Assembly: GCF_006345805.1 (NCBI RefSeq)
Contig: NC_043007.1
Location: 49,910,001 to 49,974,000 of the forward strand
DNA: 64,000 nucleotides
Reading direction: 5' to 3'
Source of the DNA: Octopus sinensis
Lineage: Eukaryota
Below the pieces are notes generated by a model. The model was not told the DNA's origin. It saw only the letters and a list, made by a program, of their open reading frames with translations, and did no database searches. This document shows, piece by piece, positions 54,580 to 64,000 of the stretch. The position numbers and the translations under genes are program-made. Position 1 is the stretch's first letter; each line of letters begins with the position of its first letter.

Positions 54580-54856
54580 TGTATTTCGGAACGGTCATTT
54601 TTTTTTTTGCCAAATAAACACACGCACAATATATATTTTTACTCCACTCGTTTATTACTGTTCTTATTTTATTATTTTAACTCATCTCCATTGTTCTGGA
54701 ATATTTTGTCACACATCTGTGACGTCTTCAGGGATACTTACTCCAATTCAGAGAATAGAGTAAATGGAGCAAGAACAGTAATAAACGAATAAAGAAAAAT
54801 ATATTGTACGCGTGTTTATTTGGAAAAACAGAAAAAAATGACCATCCCGAAATACA
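54580..54856. repeat. Diverged inverted repeat (54580-54665 / 54771-54856) around a decayed hammerhead; third family copy at 57370-57510 (+)
   Basis: Both arms read AAGAACAGTAATAAACGA...GCGTGTTTATTTGG...ATGACC..CCGAAATACA. The minus-strand spacer has CUGAAGA-C-GUCACA/UGUGAC-AAAA. Confidence 0.7.
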
Positions 54857-55624
54857 ACTATATATATATATATATATATATATCGAGTGTGGTGAAACTA
54901 ATACATTCTATGTGCACGTCCTCTTTGTTGTTATAGTTATTTTCTATAGTCGATATATATATATATTATGTGTGTGTGTGTGTGTGTGTGTGTATTCTTC
55001 GTGCTTATCACCCCAGTGGCTGTTGTTGTGGCTGGTGTGTTGTTTATATTATTTATTCAGTATTTATTCTTCTGGCTCCCTTCTCTTCACCACTCTCTCC
55101 CACATCTTTTCTCTCTCCACACTATAATCAACATCCTCATCATCATCGTCATTATCACCCACCATCACCACTATCCCTACCACACTTCACCATCATCGTC
55201 ACAATTTTTCTTCTGCTCACCATCCTTCCTCTTCTTTATCATTATCACGTATCCTCTGCCTACCCATCTCCCTAACTTGAATCCTGTCTTCTTCCACTTA
55301 TTTCTCAAGATGACCACACAAAATTACTTTAGATTTCTTAAACGGATTCGAGAAACATTTATACGTCATCAGGTTTATTTCTTTTGTCGCCATTTTATAA
55401 ATCTCTCACCGCCCCTTGTTCACTCATTAACTGATTCTCTTTGTCTATAAATATGCATATGTGCATGTGTGTTACTGCGCGCACCTTATTGTGCGTGCGC
55501 GAGCAAATGTGTACGTACGTGTGTGAGTGAGTGTATTTGTGGTTTCCTTTGATAAGTGTACTTCTGCACGCGTTTTGATGCAAACGTAAATTGATATATA
55601 AGCATACATGTATAGATATGCGCG

Positions 55625-55670
<46 letters not shown>

Positions 55671-55941
55671 ACACGCACACGCACACGCACACACACATAC
55701 ACATACACACGCACACTCAGGCATTTGTGAGTAAGTATGTAATTACTCATTTCCAAATGACCAGCATTCGGCCATCACTAATTTTACCTCTAAACATTTT
55801 CCACCACCACCATCTTTCTCTTATAACTTATCTAGTTGATCCCGCTATTCTTTTCTTTACTCCGAATTTATCTAATTCATTTCTTCTCGTCATTGTATTG
55901 TTTGATATTTGATTATAGTATGTTTTATGTATTATTATTAT

Positions 55942-55972
<31 letters not shown>

Positions 55973-55974
55973 AG

Positions 55975-56017
<43 letters not shown>

Positions 56018-56026
56018 TATTATTAA

Positions 56027-56083
<57 letters not shown>

Positions 56084-56529
56084 TGTTGTTGTTGTTGTTA
56101 CTGATATTATTTTTGTTGCTGTGGTTGTTATTGTTGTTGTTCTTATTAGGGTGTGTATGTGGGGAGAAGCAAGGAAGACGTACAAGTCGATCTCGAAAGT
56201 TACCACAAACTGGCCAACATTTGAAGCTGAACTTCTTTAAGTAACTTGGAGAGTAAGCATAACATTTGTTGTACACCATTGGTGGTTTCTAAACATCGAG
56301 AGAAGTGGTAAGAGAGAGAGACAAAGAGAGAGAGGAAGGGGTTGTGGGAGGGTGAGAGACAAGGGAGAGAGGGAGGGAGAAAAGAGGAAAATTCGAGATG
56401 AGTGCATGCATCTACATGGTTATGCGAGTGTGCTTGGATGTCTGCGTGTGTGTGATTCCATTAGAGCCGCGGTTCTCTGCGCCCTGATTTTAGCTTTCGT
56501 CGTTTTGAGATCGATAAATAAAGTGCCAG

Positions 56530-57070
<541 letters not shown>

Positions 57071-57559
57071 TGTATGTCTGTCTACATGTCTGACTATCTC
57101 TCTCTCTCTCACTGTATGTATGTGTCTGTGTTTATACACACGCACACACACATATATATGTAATATCAAATGCATGTCTTATAAAACTATTCCGCGCATA
57201 CAATAGCAGCCATACCAACCTAACGCAACTCTCCATCATCAGCTACGGATATGACTATATATATATACACAGATACGGACGCCTACACATGCGCATATAA
57301 GGTTACTTATCACAGAAGGAGGCTAGAATAGACTAAGCGGAGCAGGAGTATACACGTGAACGGAAAGGGTCGATGAAGATGTGTGACGAAATATTTCCAG
57401 ACAATTGACATAAGATAAGCTATGAACAGTAATAAACGAGTGAAGAACGAGTATATAGTGCGTGTATTTGGCAACAGAAAAAAAAATGACCGTCAGGAAA
57501 TATAACAATATACGTCTCTACTGGTATTTTTTTGTTCCCAACTTTGACTCTCCATAAAT

Positions 57560-58020
57560 TCTAATCCCTAGTGCGTACTATATACGAGGTCAAAAATGAA
57601 AAATATTTTCTAAGTAATGTCCGAGGCTCTATTTGCTGTGCTGCAATGTTTATTCAGACGCATTTTGTGATGTCGGACGCGAAAATACCTTAAGCTAAGC
57701 CTGAAAGAAATGAGGAATCATCTATAACTTGCAGTAAGCAACATTTATTAAAATAAAAGTATCCAGAACAGAGAATAACATGTAACAAAAACAATTTGCA
57801 AACATACTTACATTCCCATATAACAGTTAAGAACATCATTATTGTATTTCGCATGCGCCGAAGTGTTTGTTCGACTAGGTGCTGCTGGCTTAATTACGCA
57901 CGACTCAAGTTAGGGAAGGGGTGCGTATTATACACAAGGTTTAGGTTTTGCAGAGGTACAACCCCCTAAAAATCCCCTGCGTATTATACTCAAGGGCGTA
58001 CTATACTCGAGGATTTACGG
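57560..58020. mobile_element. Tc2/pogo-like DNA transposon right end or MITE
   Basis: The terminus read inward is CCGTAAATCCTCGAGTATAGTACGC. Four GCGTAYTATA subterminal repeats occur at ~57572, 57923, 57978 and 57997. Confidence 0.55.
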
Positions 58021-58226
58021 TGTGCATATACATACATACACACACATACATATACATACACACACATACATATAAATATACACATATACATATACATACA
58101 GACGTGTGTGTGTGTGTTTGTGATTGTAGCTAGCTAGTAGGCTAGCTAGAGACAGAAAGATAGACAGACAGACAGACAGTCAGACAGACAGTCAGACAGA
58201 CAGTCAGACAGACAGACAGACAGACG

Positions 58227-58339
<113 letters not shown>

Positions 58340-58689
58340 CTGGCCGCCAATACATAAAACAGCGATCGTTGTTCATGAAATAGCATAGCTATGTTAAAGC
58401 AACATACGTGTATCGTTTTCTGGTATTATTTCATTTGACATAAAACTTGTAAACTTGAAAGTGTTTGATTGATATCAGAGAAATGGTATTTGTGTAGTAA
58501 TTTCAAAATACATCCACTTTATGACCGACATCAAAGAACTTTACTTCACTAATCATATATCATGCTTTCACTTTTTAACAAAAGACACACGTTCCGATTT
58601 TTATCAGGCTTCGACTTCAATGATGTTTCTCTGGAAAATAATGTCATGTTACACACAATTAATACTAACTTCTCCTTTATCTCCTTATC

Positions 58690-58744
<55 letters not shown>

Positions 58745-58870
58745 ACACACACACACACTTTCATTCTACTTTTATATTATCTTCTTCAGAAAAGATTAAA
58801 GAGTTGTACTTCTATGCTCTTTTAACTTTCCGGCTTTATACAGACGCATCTATCTATCTATTTATCTATC

Positions 58871-58965
<95 letters not shown>

Positions 58966-59121
58966 GTCTATCTATCTTTCTATATATCTATCTATCGATG
59001 TATATGTATAATATATATATATATACCAGAAACAAGGTGGGAGAAAATGCCGGAGGTACAGCGATAGGCACACATACATACAGACACGCACACAGATACA
59101 GAAACACACACACACACATGT

Positions 59122-59380
59122 ACTCTTGTCGTCATTTGATTGCAGCCATGTTGCAGCACCAATTTTAGTGGAACAAATCAACTCCAAGATTTATTCTTTG
59201 TAAGTGTAATACTTAATTTATCTGTGTCTTTTGCCGAACAGCTAAGTTTCAAGAACGTAAACCCACCGACATTGGTTGTAAAGCGATGGTGGTGAGGACA
59301 AACACACCCATACAAATACGTACATACATACATACATACATACATACATACATACATACATACATGCATGCATACATACA

Positions 59381-59414
<34 letters not shown>

Positions 59415-59513
59415 CGACGGACCAAATCCACTCTTAAGGCTTTGGTCTGCCCGAGGCCATAGTAGAAGACACTTACCCAAGGTACTACGTAGTGGGAATG
59501 AACCCAGAACCAT
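59122..59513 (-). mobile_element. CORE-type SINE, decayed
   Basis: Collinear with 481-880. Confidence 0.75.
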
Positions 59514-59519
59514 GTACAA

Positions 59520-60150
59520 CTCTTTTATTCTTTGCTTTAGTCTACTTCACCCTTTCTTCGTTCCTTCCCTCTCTCGCTCCAACCCTCTCTCACATTTCTT
59601 GGCCTTCCCTTCGTTTACCTCACTCTGTTTCTTTCCTTTTTTTCTCTCTTTCTCGTACCTTCCTAACTTTTCAATTACTCTACCCCTACCTCTCGCCTCT
59701 CCTTTCACGTGACCGGTGTTCGGCCAAACCTACCTTTCTCTCTTGGTTCGATTACCATCCGTGTAACATCTCTTATATTCCTTCCTATGACTTTCATCGC
59801 TTATGTTCCTGCCCTAAGGCTTCACTTCTAAACACGCCAGCTTTATTTCGTCCTTAGTCGAAAGACACCTTTTGTTAATGTCCTCTTGTTTGTATTTGTA
59901 ATTGTGTATCATTTCTCCGTTATTTTTTTTCATCCTTGTTTTCGTATACATTCGCTTGCTTTCTTCGAATGAATCTAGAGCTCTTAGCTTAGATTTTCTT
60001 GGAGCCGGCCAGATTAGAGTAGTCTCGAGAGTAAGCAGCAGACACTGCAAAGATGATCTGGTACTCGACTGAGGACTGAAAGCTCCGAATGACACGTCCT
60101 TGTTTTTTCCGATCCCTTTTTGTATCGTCTAACTGCCCGAATGTTCTGTT
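59520..60150 (+). repeat. Diverged relative of the 62680-63795 element, opposite orientation
   Basis: Shared blocks TCACGTGAC..GTT.GGCC.AA, GACGATACAA, TCAGTC.TCAGTC.AG, CCAAGAAAA.CTAAGC and CGAATG.ATACGAA. Confidence 0.6.
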
Positions 60151-60234
60151 GTTGCCTGTTACGTTCTTGTTCCATTTTTGTTGTTGTTGTTTTATATATA
60201 CATATAGCGGTGTACGTATACTTTTGGTCTCCTG

Positions 60235-60316
<82 letters not shown>

Positions 60317-60361
60317 TGTATGTATGTATTTGTATCTGTGTTATTTCCCGGACCACTAACT

Positions 60362-60532
60362 ATCGCTTGACAACCAATGTTGGTGTGTTTCCGTCCCTGT
60401 AACTTACCGCTTCGGCAAATAAGACCGATAGATAAGTACTAGGCTCACAAAGAATGAGTGGTGAGGTCGATTTAGTCAAGTGAAAGCGGTGCTCCAGTAT
60501 GACCACAGTCAAATGGCCGAAACAAGTAAAAG
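60362..60532 (+). mobile_element. CORE-type SINE, 3' half
   Basis: CGCTTGACAACCAATGTTGGTGTGTTT...GAAACAAGTAAAAGA. Confidence 0.75.
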
Positions 60533-60778
60533 AATATATATATACGTATACATATATGTATGTATATATATATATATATATAAGTAGGTGAATGCATTAT
60601 CCTATGTTTATCGTCAGCATGGAAAATTCGTTTAACCGAAACCTGAGTAGCAAATTCACGTCAGAAACACGGTTGAAGCACCTGTCAATTGTAGAAACTC
60701 CGGGTTCATGTGCAGAAATTTGTGTGTTGTATATGAATAAATGAAAGAATGGAGTGGAACGAAGATGTTAACAAAATT

Positions 60779-60864
60779 CCTTTACTCTCGACATATGTTT
60801 CGAAGACAGCATGTTTTTATTCCAAAGGAATGCATTATGCAATCTTCTCATCAGGAAAGAAAGG
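60779..60864 (-). ncRNA. Type I hammerhead ribozyme, intact (left arm)
   Basis: CCUUUCUUUC-CUGAUGA-GAAGA...UCUUC-GAAAC-AUAU-GUC/GAGAG-U-AAAGG. Predicted cleavage between 60790 and 60789. Confidence 0.85.
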
Positions 60865-61304
60865 GAGCCTCTCTCGACAACAAGACAAACAAAAATTTCG
60901 ATGATTGCCTACATGGTAAACAAAGCGATAATGAGTGTCTTTAAAAAAAAACGTTAGAAGAATTGACGTCAAAAATAGATAGTAGGAAGAGAAGGGATAA
61001 AGGAATAATATGTAGGGAACATATAAATGATACTGATAGTCACTGTGGTTTAAAAAATTAGCTTTACGTCCACCCCACTTCTATAGAGAAATTCTTTCCT
61101 AAGCCTTCGAACATTCTTTCAATCAACGTACCCTTCCCTCTCCACTTGTTCCCTACCTATTATTCCTTTATCCCTTCTCTTCCTACTATCTATTTTTGAC
61201 GTCAATTCTTCTAACGGTTTTTTTAAAAAAACACTCATTATCGCTTTGTTTACAATGTAGGCAATCATCGAAATTTTTGTTTGTCTTTTTGTCGAGAGAG
61301 GCTC

Positions 61305-61397
61305 CCTTTCTTTCCTGATGAGAAGATTGCATAATGCACCCTTTATTCCTTTGGAATGAAATCATGCTGTCTTCGAAACATATGTCGAGAGTAAAGG
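61305..61397 (+). ncRNA. Type I hammerhead ribozyme, intact (right arm)
   Basis: Stem I 61305-14/61387-97 (10 bp, one bulge), CUGAUGA 61315-21, stem II GAAGA/UCUUC, GAAA 61375-78, stem III palindrome ACAUAUGU. Predicted cleavage after GUC at 61386. Confidence 0.85.
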
Positions 61398-61433
61398 AAT
61401 GTTGTTAACATCTTCGTTCGACTCCATTCTTTC

Positions 61434-61479
<46 letters not shown>

Positions 61480-61529
61480 GTATATATCAAGATATATATG
61501 CATACACATATATTTACATACATACATCA

Positions 61530-61560
<31 letters not shown>

Positions 61561-61590
61561 CATACATACATACATACATACATACATACA

Positions 61591-61649
<59 letters not shown>

Positions 61650-61802
61650 GTGAATGAATTATCCTATGTTTATCGTCAGCATGGAAAATTCGTTTAACCG
61701 AAACCTGGGTAGCAAATACACGTCAGAAACACGGTTGAAGCGACTCCATTCTTTCATTTATTTATATATATATCTATATATATATATATAGATATAGATA
61801 GG

Positions 61803-61900
<98 letters not shown>

Positions 61901-62276
61901 TACATACATGCATATATATATATACATATATATTTATGCATGCATGTCTATCTACAGATATGTACACACTACACCACTTATATACCGAGAGAGAAAGAAG
62001 GAGAAACAGAGGCTATTAAATATCGTATGATAGAGCTCAACGTTAGTGAAGACAGAAATGAAAGTGAACAGACATATTACATGTCGCCTGTCTTTTGTTA
62101 TATAATATGTCAGCAAGTTGTAAGTTAAATGGAGTTAGATATCTCATCTACCATTGAGATTACCAGTTTCCCTATAGATTTATAGATTATCTTACACTAT
62201 TACACTCTTCACAATTAATACTAGCTTTCACTATTTACGTACTCTCATTCATAAATTTGAAACAAATTGTTTCTCT

Positions 62277-62368
62277 TTTTTCCCTGACGAGATGATTGCA
62301 TTTGTTTTACATAATTTTTATTTCCTCCAGAATAATATCCATGCTTTCTTCGAAACATATGTGGGAAG
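62277..62368 (+). ncRNA. Diverged third copy of the same hammerhead, cleavage triplet mutated to GUG
   Basis: UUUUUCC-CUGACGA-GAUGA...UCUUC-GAAAC-AUAU-GUG-GGAAG. Confidence 0.65.
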
Positions 62369-62570
62369 CATAAATGATTTGAATAACACCTGCGTTTGAT
62401 TCCATTTCTTAATTTTCTATGTAATACAAAAACATTTCACTCAACCCTGGAATTTCTATCTTTATAAGCAGGCTGTAATATCCTTAGCACTTGTGTGAAC
62501 TTTTGCTACCCTGGTAACTATTTATTTTTTCCGTGCTATTTGTACACATTGAAAAAATACACATACGTTT

Positions 62571-62601
<31 letters not shown>

Positions 62602-62645
62602 TATATAATATATATATATATATATATTATATATATAATATATAT

Positions 62646-62679
<34 letters not shown>

Positions 62680-62680
<1 letters not shown>

Positions 62681-63795
62681 TAAGGTATGTAGAAAAATAC
62701 AACATGGACAAGAACGTATAACTCTTAGAAGACGATACAATAAACATGGACAGGACATTCGAACCCCTCAGTCTTCAGTCAAGACCGGATCATCGTAGTA
62801 ATTTCGGCTGATTATCTTGAGATTACTAGATCACGGCCAGCCCTCCAAGAAAAACTAAGCACGAGCATTAGAAAAACTAAGCTGGAAGCGTAGATTTCCT
62901 GGAAGAAGGATCGAATGCATACGAACACCAGGACAGCAAAAGGGACAGATATAAAAAAAACAAAAAACAAAAAACAATAATGGAATACAGAAACATGAAA
63001 TACAGAAGCATTAACGGTGAAAACAACAAGTGTCTTACGACTGATAACAAGCAAACAAATTTTTTCTCTGGCGCATTGGAAAAAGCCTTTATAGCGGCGG
63101 ACGAAAAACAACGATGTTAACACGACGAGGGTCAGGAGCTGAAAGGCAGATTTCGGCCAACAGTCACGTGACAGAGAAGAGGGAAAAGAAAAGAAAGAGA
63201 AGCAAAGGAAGAGAGAGAGAGAAGGGGGACAAAACGCAACAAAGAGAGAGAAGAGAGAGAAAGAAGGAATCAGAGAGGAGAAGAGATGGGTGTCGAAGAA
63301 TGACCTGTGAGTGCAGAGCGAGACAAAGAAATAGGAGGGTAGTGGAAGACTAGACCAAAGGATCAGAGGAAAGAGAAGATGAATAGAGAGAAAAGAGAGA
63401 GAGAGGGGGACAGATCAAGTAAAAATGAGAGAGAGAGAGAGACAAACAGAGAGTCGTACCAATTATTAAGAATATGTGTTCACATTAATGATAAGGGGGG
63501 TACGGGGCGCCTGGAATATATGTTAAGGTATGTAGAAAAATACAACATGGACAAGAACGTATAACTCTTAGAAGACGATACAATAAACATGGACAGGACA
63601 TTCGAACCCCTCAGTCTTCAGTCAAGAACCGGATCATCGTAGTAATTTCGGCTGATTAATCTTGAGATTACTAGATCACGGCCAGCCCTCCAAGAAAAAC
63701 TAAGCAACGAGCATTAGAAAAACTAAGCTGGAAGCGTAGATTTCCTGGAAGAAGGATCGAATGCATACGAACACCAGGACAGCAAAAGGGACAGA
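62680..63795. mobile_element. Non-coding element with ~270-bp terminal direct repeats (62680-62949, 63523-63795)
   Basis: The repeats differ only by three single-A indels. The interior is GA-rich. The flanks are (TA)n and (CATA)n. Confidence 0.8.
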
Positions 63796-63830
63796 CACAT
63801 GCATACATACATATACATACATACATACAT

Positions 63831-63870
<40 letters not shown>

Positions 63871-64000
63871 ACATACATACATACATACATACATACATAC
63901 ATACATACATACACACACACACATACATACATACATACATACATACATACATACATACATACATACATACATACATACATGTGTGTGTGTATAGGTGTTT

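Larger units (their letters stand above)
60736..61440. repeat. Long inverted repeat: arms 60736-61021 and 61147-61440, 125-bp spacer
   Basis: About 95% identical by eye (~10 substitutions, a 7-nt insertion in the right arm, a homopolymer shift). Confidence 0.95.

Noticed and set aside
62750-62830. Hammerhead within the 270-bp direct repeats (CUGAAGA...UUCGAAUGUC; also 60065-60095)
   Set aside because: Stem II cannot pair and GAAA is absent.
62680-63797. Canonical LTR retrotransposon or TRIM call
   Set aside because: Only one repeat shows TG...CA; no PBS, adjacent PPT or TSD is visible.

Overview
AT-rich, microsatellite-saturated animal genomic DNA. It is most likely octopus or another coleoid cephalopod, inferred from the OR1/OR2-like CORE-SINEs and the Dong/R4, maT and Penelope mix. 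No intact host protein-coding gene can be supported; the long ORFs in the track are translations of simple repeats. The one intact-looking gene is a tRNA-Leu(AAG) at 15048-15129 (-). The rest is a graveyard of mobile DNA: tRNA-derived SINEs, Tc1/mariner elements (maT DD37D, DD34D mariners, an IS630/Tc1-like element with long TIRs, a Tc2/pogo-like end), a hAT MITE, R4/Dong, Tx1 and RTE LINE fragments, and at least six Penelope-like element (PLE) fragments of Neptune and Naiad type. The most notable signal is RNA-level. I find nine hammerhead-ribozyme (HHR) motifs by eye. Two apparently intact, near-identical ones sit back-to-back in a ~290-bp-arm foldback at 60.7-61.4 kb, each with a second upstream GUC site that could allow release of a ~90-nt circle. 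Other highlights are a tRNA-headed SINE-like element ending in a minimal HHR, a gag/ORF1-only element with an HHR-like tail, a Naiad endonuclease with TGA codons at two conserved cysteines (possible selenocysteine), and a tRNA gene lying between the TIRs of a DNA transposon. All folds and alignments were done manually and need computational confirmation.
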